Below are positions 26,209 through 38,675 of a stretch of DNA of 64,000 nt, in pieces. Below the pieces are notes generated by a model. The model did not search any database and was not told the origin of the DNA. It worked only from the letters and a program-made list of their open reading frames with translations. Made by a program: the position numbers and the translations under genes. The stretch comes from Laetmonice hystrix. Lineage: Eukaryota. The number at the start of each line of letters is the position of its first letter. The stretch's first letter is position 1. Location of the stretch: contig OZ249439.1 in the NCBI GenBank assembly GCA_965235115.1, forward strand, positions 12,276,001 through 12,340,000. Direction: 5' to 3'.

Positions 26209-26855
26209 TGTTAGTATGTTCACCGATGAAAATTCATAACCGCTATTCAGTATATTTACCTTTGCATTAATGCCAGAAGAAAATATTACGTTGCCTGTAA
26301 AGCACTTCACATATCCTCTAATTAATGAAGTTTTCTATATGCGTTCGGTTGATTGCAGTCTGCAGACTGTAAGCTTTCAGAAACGTTTATTGCAGGCCTG
26401 ATGTATACAACACTTCTATATAGGCTGAACATAGAACTAAATAGTGTAGTCTCATAGTAGTGCATGTCTATTAACTGCAGACCAAATTACACACTGTGAT
26501 GTTAATCCGACGCCTATTGTCTATATCTGTTGAAGACCCTTGCTGTGTGTAATGAAGCTGCAGTCTGGCTATAGATAGTGATGTTGTTGGACTTCTTCCT
26601 GAATGCACATGCAATAATATCATTCGTTTCGTTTACAGGGGAAACATACCCAAAGCGTCCTTGTACATAACATTCGTTTTGCATGGACCTGTCTGTGCTT
26701 TGGTAACTTGGTGCATAACCTGATGATAATTAATCTAGCTCGAACATGCGGCCTCTTTAAAAGATATACACGGTGAAATTATATGATAAAACATTTTATC
26801 TACAGATATGGGTGTGTACTGCATGGTAGAGATCAAAATATTTATGATTTGTACT

Positions 26856-27223
26856 GCAGGGTGTCAAGTTTCTATTTTTTCCTATTTTTCAGCATCATTC
26901 ATATTTATTCCTATTTTGGGATTAAAATTCCCATTTTTTCCTATTTTTGTGCAGTATCCCTAAAATATTCCGACGGGTGTCATTTGTCAATTTTTATAAA
27001 CCGTAAAATTGCGTGAATTTCACATATGGTAAAAATGGTGAAGTAGGCTACATTTGAATCTCGAAAAGACTTGATTACAAAAAAGACACACTGATTGACC
27101 CGAACATTTTTATTCCTATTTTCCGTATATTTTCTGCTTGATTTTCCTCTTTTATTCCTATTTTTGCCACAAAAAAATCCTATTTTTCTATTTTTTAAGG
27201 GTCACTGGCACTTAACACCCTGC
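26856..27223. mobile_element. MITE with 13-bp TIR and internal CCTATTTTT repeats
   Basis: GCAGGGTGTCAAG / CTTAACACCCTGC (12/13 match). Many CTATTTT motifs near both ends. TACT flanks both sides (possible 4-bp TSD); an 8-bp hAT TSD is not seen. Confidence 0.7.
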
Positions 27224-29072
27224 TACTGGTAGGACTTCCAACTGTACCAGTACAAATTCCAATTATGATCTGTACGGTGGTGATTGCCGAAGAACTTGAG
27301 CTATGCGGTCAGGTTACCCATTCTGTACAAAAATATTACCGGCTATTGCACACTATCAATGCCTGCGCCTATAATTGCAGTACCTGACGCACATAGAGAG
27401 AAACACAGTTCCATTCTCTCTCACCATCTCTTAAGGTTATGTGCTACACTAAGTCAAACCCATTACATATCAATATTATGTATTTTGAGAGAAAGAAAAA
27501 GTGTTTCTGATTTTAAAAAGGTAAAAAAGTCCATATGTCACCATGTTGACTTTTGTGTGGGCTGTCTGTAGAAAATGAACGTTACTGTTAATTTGAGGGC
27601 ACCTAACACTAATCTGGGGGGCACCAGGGTAAACCCACGGCTTTTCAAAGACATTATATCCCATAAACTTAGGGTTATAACAAAAAAGTAACCACGGTGA
27701 CATATAAATATCTTAACATTTTTTAAATAAAAAAATACTTGTTCTTTGTATTGAAATGCATGATATTGATATGCAAAGGGTTTGGGTTGGGTACATTGCT
27801 TACCATGGCGAGATATGGTGGGAGATTTGATAGGTGCCGCACATGACCTTAAATCAGTTTAAGATTTTGATGTGTCATGTCTAAACATATCGAGGCCACC
27901 CTCTCGGAGTACGGTATACGTTTAAAATAAAGCCGCCGATATTCACGTGTTAATGACATCTTCACACCTGACCAGCCTTCCTCCTCGAAGGACCCGTCGA
28001 TGCTGCCAGTGTGAAAGGGGCGGCCGTTTCCCCACTGCGGCACCTCGATGGATCAGCCCTAGGATATCAGTCCGCCGTTGAATATAGGGCCGCCTCCACC
28101 GGTGAATGCTTGCTTAGCATTACATTCCCATTACCACAAAGATTCTAATAGGGTTCGAACGCGGGGGACGCGCAAACAACAATATAACGATTCCGTTCGT
28201 CTGGCCATGGGGGTCAGAGGAGCTATAATAATGGAGAGGCAGGCTTGAGATCCTACAGGGAACCGTGGTGATATAACGGGCCAGATGGGCGGGTTCGTGT
28301 CTGCCATAGCGTGTATCATTCATGTAAATAGTTTTACTTGTAGCGAGGGCTGATTCGGCTATTAAATGATCCAAAACTAATGAAAGATTGGCAAAAGTGT
28401 GGTTGGGCGGACTGTTCAGACACCTGATTACCCGTTACAACGACCTCCGCGCCTTGCGTGACGCGCCGGAACTCCCAGATGTCCAATACGGAATTGATGC
28501 CCGACTTGGTTTCCGGACAATATCTTCGATTGCAGTCCTAATTAAAGCCTGCTGGCCACCTCTAAATGGATCTGAATGTCAGACAAACTTAATTTCACAG
28601 GGGTCATTTGTAATTGCCGAACTTTATGCGACATTTGTCCATATTAATCGTTTTTAAATGACTCTTGAAGGACAAGCGTATGAAGACATGGCGGTACGCC
28701 GGCCGGTTCGCCTGGCGGGCGATGACTGACAGGCCGAGTACTGGAGCAAGGTGTTGGCAGCATTAATATCTCATCTCATCCCCGTCAGAGGAAGCAGGCC
28801 GGGGCAGGATAAGGGCAGCAGGAACAGGGGCGGGCTAGGCCTATACACTTAGCAGAACCCCTTGGTACTGGAGCAAGTTGCTTGAAGGACAGGAGATGGG
28901 TAGGAGGGACTGGAGGATATAGGAGAAACTCTGGACATTGTAGTTCTATCGGCTAGAAAAAGCGTTTAACTTTTTTCTACCAAATATCCTGGGAATGTTA
29001 CCTTACTTGAAGATAGAGTGATGATACAGCGATAATTTTAGGCTTTTTCCATGGTTGCATGCTAAACAGGCA

Positions 29073-29155
29073 GTACTACGGAGCCCTGTTGGGGACATAA
29101 AGAAAAAAGAATCGTTTATGAGAAAGAAATTTTCCCAAACCGGGCTCCGTACTAC
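29073..29155. repeat. 14-bp inverted repeat with 55-bp spacer (probable transposon relic)
   Basis: GTACTACGGAGCCC / GGGCTCCGTACTAC, 13/14 complementary. Confidence 0.55.
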
Positions 29156-30823
29156 GTAGAACTAACTGGCTACAATCACTTTTCCAAATCACCATGTATC
29201 CCTCTGAATGAGTGGAATTATTTTTTACCAAAACACAGTCTATGACATATATTACAAAATTGCTGACTATGTGACTTTACATTATTGTCAAGAACTTTTA
29301 TTAAGGCCATGCTGTAAAACTGTTGAGTCTATCTAAAACTTTTGGGCATATCGACAACTTGAATTGGGTCAAGGAGTACTATTAAGTCAGAGGTGCTGCG
29401 AATGAATTCAACTACATACACCCACGATATCCTAACCGTGTCCTACCTGTAACAGCAATCCCCGTCCCAGCCATACACAGAACACATGAGATATACATGT
29501 GTAGAAACATGATTCCAGCTCCCATCACTCGCCTGTGTGCCTATCGTATTTCAAGAGTGTTTTTTCAAAGAAGCTGTCCCAAGGATGCTGTATGCCCAGG
29601 GCATTTTACGAAGCTCTCGTAAGTACTTTTTTAATAGAAGATTTATCGCCGATCTTGGATCTTTGGGCCGAGGCTGTACACTAAAGCTGGTATTGGATTC
29701 TCACTTCAGATCACATAATCTACTCCAACAGCACAATGCAATGCTGGAATGACGTGATGTTATCGGAACAGCTGCCGCGAGCTCATTACCGACAACGCCT
29801 CGCCAAATCTCGCGACCCTCGATACGATCATTGGAAAAGATGAGGCGCTACACGATACCGCGCAACAACACTCACAGCTTCACGTGCGTGACAAGGCCGC
29901 GAAGTGATACATACTTTTGACGAGAAACAGATGCGTCCGTTCCCAGGCTGAGTGGTGGGAAGCCGGATTTACACAATACCTAGAACTGTTTCGAAAATTA
30001 TGCATTTATTCAAGATCTCGCATAGGCATGTAGTGTTTCAACACCTCGCCCATCCACATTTATTCCATCAACATGACCACATTCCATGTTGGCAGTCGCC
30101 TCCAAAAACCTTATCAGTCCACCTACACTGGCTTCGGTTGTTTTTCCTCGACTATATATTGTATATAGCTGACCACACTGGATGATGGCAAGTACATGTG
30201 GACCTGAAGCATGCAGTCAAGTGGATCAGTATTGTGAACATCTTTAACTAACGAAATCTTGCTGCAGTAATTACACAGTGTTGTCACAGCATGGCATACG
30301 GCCTGGGATACCCCGCGCGAAGGACAACTCTTGATTAAAAAGCCATTGATGACATTTTCTGATGTATCTTGCCCGAAGAGACGGACAGACTAAGGTTTCA
30401 GAGCAACCGATCGTCTGACTTCGGTACACAGCAGAGGGAACTGGAGTCACTTTGCCTTCAGTTGGTGATTACCCGATGTTCAGAAACGTGATCTCCATTG
30501 AATGTCGTTCAACACTCGGTTGATGTAAAAAGGCCCACTGTTTTTCAACTGTAGTGATGTTATCAGAGGCGTCTACTGTAGATTTTGGTACCACAGTGCC
30601 TCCAGCATCCTGTGCTTACCTAATACTCGAATCTTTCTAACCTTGTTTCATATATATGAACACCAGATCCTTCTCGTGGGTTTAGATTGCATTATGATTT
30701 AAATTCATGTAATGGCACCTTCTAGGCGGGAAGGTGACGATCATAATTATGCAGTCCCTACCCAGGTTGGGACAGCCCCGCCAGCTGTCGGCTGACCTTG
30801 GCAAGTCTGCAGGAGCGAGGTTC

Positions 30824-31087
30824 CGCCGGTAAGGTCATCACGCGCCGAATGCCGCCGGGAAGGTCTTCACGCGCCGGTAAGGTCATCACGCGCCGAATGT
30901 CGCCGGTAATGTCATCACGCGCCGAATGTCGCCGGGAAGGTCTTCACGCACCGGTAAGGTCATCACGCGCCGAATGTCGCCGGGAAGGTCTTCACGCGCC
31001 GGTAAGGTCATCACGCGCCGAATGTCGCCGGTAAGGTCATCACGCGCCGAATGTCGCCGGGAAGATCTTCACGCGCCGGTAAGGTCA
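30824..31087. repeat. CpG-rich compound minisatellite with higher-order structure (ABAAB)x2
   Basis: A = CGCCGGTAAGGTCATCACGCGCCGAATGT (29 bp), B = CGCCGGGAAGGTCTTCACG (19 bp). Order ABAABABAAB plus a partial A; 125-bp super-period confirmed (B at 30853 and 30978). Confidence 0.92.
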
Positions 31088-32123
31088 GCACGGAGCTAGT
31101 GTCAATCAGACTGTTCAGTGAACAGTGTCGCCTTCCACAGTTTTCTTATACATGTAGTTCCTGCGAGTATTATTTTACATGCCTTGCACGTGATGTCAAC
31201 GTAAGCCATGGCTGTAGCTTCAAACTCTCCAAAGGTGTGTCAGCAAGACACGCAACTCGCCTTGTTTCTTATACTACTCACAGTGAGACCAAACAACTAT
31301 ATCGAGCGGGGTGATCGCATTCCAAGCGCATTTTCCCAGGAAACTCCGTTGTACCCAGAACGCCTTAGCACCCTACTCTACTCCCACCCCCACATCCCAA
31401 CTGCTAGGCACCAAACCCCTTTCGTGTGCTCATTCCGCGTTCATACCCAGAACATCGAGGAAGGAAGAGACTGGGCCATGGGGGGTGGGGTGTGTGTGTG
31501 TGTGGGGGGGGTGCATAGTATGTGTGAGCTGGATTGGGAGGGGTGGGGGTACTACGGTCTGGTGAAAGGCGAACGTTATCACAGGTCGCCAGGCAACAGG
31601 ACAAGTGGCGCGAGGTCCCCGGACGCTGCGTTCAATCCATATGGAGAATGACTGCATGGAGCAGGCAGGCTGAGGGTGGCCATACTGTGCGGAGAGGGAA
31701 CCTTCTACCAGACCAAACCTATAATATGTCAAGTCAGGAATTCATTCCTCCTTGTATTAATAATGTTAATGTTCAAAGCGCTATAGATCTAATGTGGTTG
31801 AGAGGGGCATAAATGGTAGTTTAGCCCTCCTGGGAGCCGGTATTTCTTGTTTTTTTTTATCTTTTAGATCCCATTTGCATGTTGAACCCCGGCCCATTTT
31901 CCAACATACTGGATCGTCTGATTTACAGGTTTTACACCTTCACCTCGTCACCAGGTTATCCTGTCTTCATGAGTCTCTAACTCTGCATTAATGCCTTCTT
32001 TGATATTTATAGCAAGGCAGTAACAGGAGATGGCATCTATCTTTCTAGATAGATTATCTCAACCGTTCTGTTGGTCTTTAAGTGACCTTAACATTCCTTG
32101 AAGTACATACTAATTGTGTTTGG

Positions 32124-32210
32124 GAGAGAGAGGGAGAGAGAGAGGAGAGAGAGGGAGAGAGAGGAGGGGGAGAGGGAGAGAGAGAAAGAGATGGGGAGAC
32201 AGAGACAGAG
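32124..32210. repeat. Imperfect (GA)n microsatellite
   Basis: GAGAGAGAGGGAGAG... tract. Confidence 0.9.
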
Positions 32211-35200
32211 ACGTTCAGGCCAACGTTTTAAAAACACATACATATCGTATGTTGTCTGTTTTGGACGGGCAAGTGTAGAGGTGAGTGTTTGCAGAAGAAA
32301 CATATCATCGAGGATTAATATTTCAGTGATTAATTTAGGTGTAAGATACATGAAGTCGCTAATTAAATCAGATTTAATAAACCTTTTTTATACTTGATAA
32401 CCGACCATCATGTTCCTTCAGTTACGGTACACGGCGAGGTCAGATGATAATACCTGCTAAGAAATTATTAGCATAACCCCTCTGGGTAATTTATTTTTAT
32501 ATTTGATAAAGGCATTGAAGTCTCCCATTGTTTGAATGTAACTGGGCCGTTAAAAGGCAGTGTTCGCACTTACTGCAAAATCATGAACGTGAAGTCGATT
32601 TCCTTAATCAAATCTTCTACCCAACAAAACTCATGGAGTACATTTTGGAAATAAAAAATAAACATACACACATTATGCTGGTCATACTATCCACATGTAA
32701 TTGTTTTAGCTAAGTTATATGATGCCTTAAATAAGTCTTAATAAATTCATGGCAGTGATAATCCCTCTTAGTTCTGTTTCAATTACTGCGCCTCTGTTTT
32801 GTAAGAACCAACAGATTAACGCAGGCAACATGTTCTGTCTGAACGCACTAGATTTTCATTCATACGAACTGAAATGCTATAAGACGCAGTGGAAACGTTC
32901 AAGTATCATTTTGATTAATAGTCTTTGAAATGAACTTCAGGAGATTGCTTTCCCTTGCGACAAGTCACTAAATAGGACGTCGCCTGCTAGATCCCCGACT
33001 CTTTTTTATAAGTCTTGAAATATGTAACGACCCGTTGAAAGGCGAGTGTCCTTTAATTCATGAATACGTTTCTCCTAGCAATTCTTTTAGTAATATTTCT
33101 TACAAGAGAGTGAATCATTATGACTATACCAGTTGAAAGTCTCAAAGATTGCTTCTATTTTATGAATTTGCTGCATACGACGTGGCTTGCGATTCATATG
33201 TAAATAGCCGCGAGGTACCAGTGGAAGATGACTTCACGGCATGCGGACGTTACGCCCTCATAGAGATCATATTTCTGTGCCGCGCCGAGACCTCGAAGTC
33301 AGAGCATCAGCGTTCATTAATCGAACTACATAATATTATGGCACTTCAAAATGAGCGACGTCAACCATATGTAAAACCAAGAAGATAGGTGTAGAGGGGG
33401 CAGTACGTAGCCATGGGCACGCTCTGCTTGCCATCCTGGAAGCGAACAACAAGATAATGCTTTCATTGCCACTGTCAAGTATTGATTACGCCCAATTCCG
33501 GTCACTCAGGCAGTCGGAGATGCTGGGAGACCCCCTCTCGTGCCCCAAGCCTCTCCTGGAATGGGATGACCTTGGAGGTGGCGTCCTCGAGCTAACGTCC
33601 CTAAAACTCGCATCACACCAGGCTGCGCTTGCGTTTACGATTCCTCCCTCACGCGCATGCACGTGAGAATTAGCCTGATGTAAAGGACGGCCCTGACGAC
33701 CTTTTTATTCACAAGGCAGAAAAGATTGGGAAATCACACTCGTATTTCAAATAACATGCGCACAATGTAGTTTGACAGTTCCCTCGTGAATACTTCATGA
33801 ACTTCTTCAAGGCAGATTTGACGCACACGCGGAGGGACGCAGATAGGTGTGCTGTTGGACTTCCAAAACCCCCGAGATAGTCTGCTTTTCAGAAGGCCAT
33901 GATCGCCAAAGTCTTTTTTTAAATTTTTGTTCGAAAAAGATATTCTATTGAATGTAACACATTGGAGTTGTATTAACAATAGAATTGACGCTCGGAAGAT
34001 GTAATAACCACATGTGGCGCTAATGTATAGGGGACCGTGGAAACTTTTATTGGGACGGCGCCTTCATGCATTTTGCATGGCTTTCTTTAATGACATCAGG
34101 ACATCCAAACGTTATCCCCATTAGTAAAACTTTTATAACTCTACCTGCCATGATTCCGTGTCCAAGCGAAGAAGTCTTGGTCAGGCAACGCTAGTGTATT
34201 GCATGTTGTGTGTATGTATGTAGGTGGTCAGATGTAGGGGACGAACGCCCATACAAAGGCAACATTACCTTATTCATTTGTTGAACATTACATTAGTTTC
34301 ATTTTGAGAGAGGTCGCCTGACACTCACAGTAATATAAATGTGTCCGGTCTAATCTAGCTTACAATTTTCGTACCTCCAAAGTCTGGATTAACGACTCTG
34401 TTGTTAGAATTCGCGAGTGTTGGCGAATGATTACGAGGTCTCGCCATATTGGACATTTGCAGTACCGGGTTGAACGTAATGGTAACGACTGCCAGCAGCA
34501 GGAAGTACGCTCAAAATTGCCGGCCGCAAGGGAACGAATTACTCTCTCAGAGAATTGCGAAGACATCACGCCAAAACAATGAGGTCTGATTACAATCCAA
34601 GTTCGGTAATTCAACCTGACCTGGTCCGGACGGAAATGTCTTGACTAATCTGACCATAGAGAATTTGAGGGAAATTCAGTTGTGCACGGCAATAGGCAAT
34701 ATAACTCGGCTAAGCGATCCAATCGCCCTGTACCACAAAGCAACAAGTAATATGAATGAGACTTGAAATAAGGTTTCCCTAGGCAAACATGTCCTAAAGG
34801 TACCTTGGTCAAGTCTTGAATGGAATATGAAATGTTCAAAATAAAGAAAGTATCGCTGGAGTTGAATGATGCGTGGGAAGCGGAGTAAATACGAAATGTC
34901 GAGGAACCTTCCACGAAATTGAGCGATTCACATGGTGCCACAATCAATACTTTGTCCCTCACGGTGTTACAACGAGGAGAACTAGAAATACAGATTTATT
35001 GCCGCCAAGCCGAAGACCAAGTGTAGGCCTATACTTATGTTTTGCCTTCATCGGAGCAGACCTAGGTACCGCTTGACCTTTTGAAACAGAATCAAGTTAT
35101 CTATGATAAAAGACCGGCAAGATTTAGAACTTATCATAGTAATGTTGCCATTAAATTAATAATCACTGAAACTAAGAAGAAATAAGTAGGAAGAAATAAT

Positions 35201-36489
35201 ATTCCATCTTAGTTTATTAATTATGTTTAACCCCACACTAATGCTCCATCAAATGAAAACGGAGGAACATACTTTTCAAAATCGAACATAAAACTAGACA
35301 GACTATCACTGCTTGTCAAAGAACTTGAAACCAGGCAGGGCTGCAGAATGTCTGCTCTATTAGAATATTAAAGGTAAACGGATCTGTGAGATTAGAAGAG
35401 TCAAAACCGTCCAGAGTATCCGACGCCTGACAAAGAGATTGCACGAAAGACATAATCTGATGTTTTCATTATTAAGTAGACATTAGAAATACGAAGTCTA
35501 AACGACAGAGAACTCTCTTGCTTCCGTACCGTTACTGACACCTTTCACACGGAGCAGAGACAGGTGCCCTTCCTCAGCGTCCTCTTTCCTCGCGGATGAT
35601 CCACCGACGCTCTCTTTCAGACAACCTACGAACTCTATTTATCTAATAATGCCATCCTTGTGTCTTAAAGCGATCCATGTTGAAGATGTCTCATTCTGGC
35701 GTTGGTTTTAAGACACTGATGTGACATGAAAAGCATCGAGGCTTTCTGGATGTAATGACTAAAAGTAGTAGGGAGAATGACACTGCACAGTGTGGGTCAA
35801 TGGCCATCACCAATACATCCTGGGTAGGTTCAGGAGAGAATGTCCCGGGCAGCTCTGCTGATCTGAGAGAGCGGAGTGGTAGCTTACCGCATACTCTAGC
35901 TGTTAAGGGGCACAGGTAGGATCTCTACCATCAAATAAGCGTCAGCTCTTTGGTCCACTTGACCCCATCAATCCCCACCAACAGTCCTCCATTGACATTG
36001 TTCAGTGCTTCAAGATGACGCCAGTCAGAATATCAATGAAACAGCTCCTGTATGTAGACGGGTATCAGATATAGGGATCCTAACTACGGCTGGCAGCCTG
36101 TAGAGGTATCTGGGAATAGGCATAGGCTCTATAGCTTATTATAAAAATAGGCTGTCAGTGTAAGATAACAATTAGCCTTACAGTAGTGGAATTCGCAAGT
36201 TACGTGGTGACCGACTGGAACATTCGCACGTTCCAGTCCTTTCGGTAATCTTCAGGCCGTCCGTAGAAAGGACCCTCACAGATTAGATATCACTCACGGC
36301 CCAAAGATGCACATGCGCACCACCTCACTTGTTAGATTACTACACCGGTGACCACAAAGTAATGCGGGCACGTCTGTAATACCCCCATCACACTAGAAGG
36401 CGATCTAGCTGCGCTCTAGAAAATGGGCCAGATCGCCGTAGAGCGCGGATAGAGTGCCCTGAGGTCCTTCATCCAGTGTGATTGGGGCA

Positions 36490-36591
36490 TAAGATGGCTG
36501 CTGTTTAGCACGTCTGTAAGATGGCTGCTGTTTAGCACGTCTGTAAGATGGCTGCCGTTTAGCACGTCTGTAAGATGGCTGCTGTTTAGCA
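36490..36591. repeat. Tandem repeat, 27 bp x about 3.8
   Basis: TAAGATGGCTGCTGTTTAGCACGTCTG units. Confidence 0.92.
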
Positions 36592-38096
36592 GCTTACAAC
36601 CAGGGCTTCCAAGGCGGTTTTGCTCTCCACCGAAAACTGACAAGGAAATCAAATTGCTGTGCCCCTAGGCCCTATAGACTCTAGGGCCTACGTCTTTGTA
36701 TGAATAAGTGTAGACAAAACATTCATCTCTCAGCCTTCCAGCTGAAACGGGGCTGAGGATATTGGCTGGAAAAGCTCTGCCCGTTTTTTTTTTTTTTTTT
36801 TTGGGGGGGGGGGCCCAACTGGCCCGATACAACGATGATTCTGATGGAATCACTTAAATTTATTTTATAATGATAAGCGACTATTTTAGTATTTCTAACT
36901 CACCCCGGCGATTATCATCCCTGGCCACTTTGGTATAGACGAAAACGAGATCGATGCCGTTTATCATTCCGGTACCGCTAGGTGAAATCTTTTCAACTGT
37001 CATAGAATAGGTCCACAGGGGCCTATATATCGCGGTGGGTGGGCCTATTCTGTAGGCCTACGAGAATAGTTATTAAGAATAAGCCTATATTTCTATCAAT
37101 TTTAAAGGAAAACGGCTTATCAAAAAGGGCAATTTTTAGTCATGGAGAGGGGACACCCCTCGATCCCCGGCCATGGAAAGGCCACAGAGTGAAGTTCTCT
37201 AAAATTGTAGCTCCCTCCCCTTTCAAGCACCAAAAAAAGATTAAAAAGGAAAAACTAGGCCTAAGGCCCACCATAAAATATATTTAGACCCCGACAGACC
37301 CAGGTTAGAAAAAAGTAGTCCTATTGTCTGCCGGTTGACACAACTGAGGCCGTCCATCAGTCGTCATGACATGCACAGGTCACAGGTGTGCATCGGTGGT
37401 TGCGTTACATTTTTGCTCGCCTCTTTTTATTTACCCAAGCGGGGTAGGCCTACATCTGCATGCAGCCACCGGGAGGTAACGGACGCATTGCATGTCTCTC
37501 AAATTATAGTACCGTCAAGAGGAAAAATTGTAAATCCGAGGTAAGGTAGGCCTACGAAAATCAGTGCATGAGATGCAATTGGAACAACCCGAAAGATGAA
37601 ATCAATGTTAGATAATCAATTTTACAGTTTGACATGGTTGGTGCAAACAAATGAATAAAATTAAGTTTCTGATTTCGTCTTACCCATTGCTTCCAATTGC
37701 ATCTCATTCACTGATTGGTCCCAGGCTGCATTCGGGTTACCGAAGGAAAACAATAATAGTTTGGTCAACGGTGACTCGATTGAGGAAATTGACACATCAT
37801 TGGAAAGAGGAGGTTTTGGCCTATCAGATACCCTTGGTAACTTATATCTAGTTGGTATCATTTGCTCACAAAATGATACTTTAGGATTTCGTTTTTTTTT
37901 TTTTGGGGGGGGGGGGGGGACGCCCAATACGACGTCGGAGATCGGGTCATCACTACATGTAATTTACAATTTTATAGGCTAGGGATAGGCTATATTAGGC
38001 TGTAGGTGCATGACACATGGTTCAGAGGTCATAATGAAAGCGTTAAGCCAGGGTTAATTAATCCCGGATAAACAGCTGTAGGACGGATTCTCCCTG

Positions 38097-38675
38097 TCTG
38101 TTTGTCTCTGTCTCTCTCTGTCTCTCTCTGTTTGTCTCTCTCTCTCTCTCTCTCGTTCTGTTTGTCTCTCTCTNNNNNNNNNNNNNNNNNNNNNNNNNNN
38201 NNNNNNNNNNNNNNNNNNNNNNNNNNNNNNNNNNNNNNNNNNNNNNNNNNNNNNNNNNNNNNNNNNNNNNNNNNNNNNNNNNNNNNNNNNNNNNNNNNNN
38301 NNNNNNNNNNNNNNNNNNNNNNNNNNNNNNNNNNNNNNNNNNNNNNNNNNNNNNNNNNNNNNNNNNNNNNNNNNNNNNNNNNNNNNNNNNNNNNNNNNNN
38401 NNNNNNNNNNNNNNNNNNNNNNNNNNNNNNNNNNNCTCTCNNNNNNNNNNNNNNNNNNNNNNNNNNNNNNNNNNNNNNNNNNNNNNNNNNNNNNNNNNNN
38501 NNNNNNNNNNNNNNNNNNNNNNNNNNNNNNNNNNNNNNNNNNNNNNNNNNNNNNNNNNNNNNNNNNNNNNNNNNNNNNNNNNNNNNNNNNNNNNNNNNNN
38601 NNNNNNTGTTTGTCTCTCTCTCTGCTTGTCTCTCTCTCTCTGTTTGTCTCTGTCTCTCTCCCTCTCTCTCTCTGT
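38097..38675. repeat. (CT)n/(CTGT) microsatellite spanning an assembly gap (N at 38174-38606)
   Basis: CT-rich repeats flank both sides of the N run, and a 5-bp CTCTC island sits at 38436-38440. Confidence 0.9.

Noticed and set aside
29757-29908. LITDNAS resembling a transposase/integrase catalytic motif
   Set aside because: About 50 codons bounded by stops with no further DDE features. May be a decayed relic but cannot be supported.
33380-33720. Minus-strand peptide fragments such as HYLVVRFQDGKQSV
   Set aside because: Multiple stops in every frame; at most an unidentifiable decayed transposon ORF.
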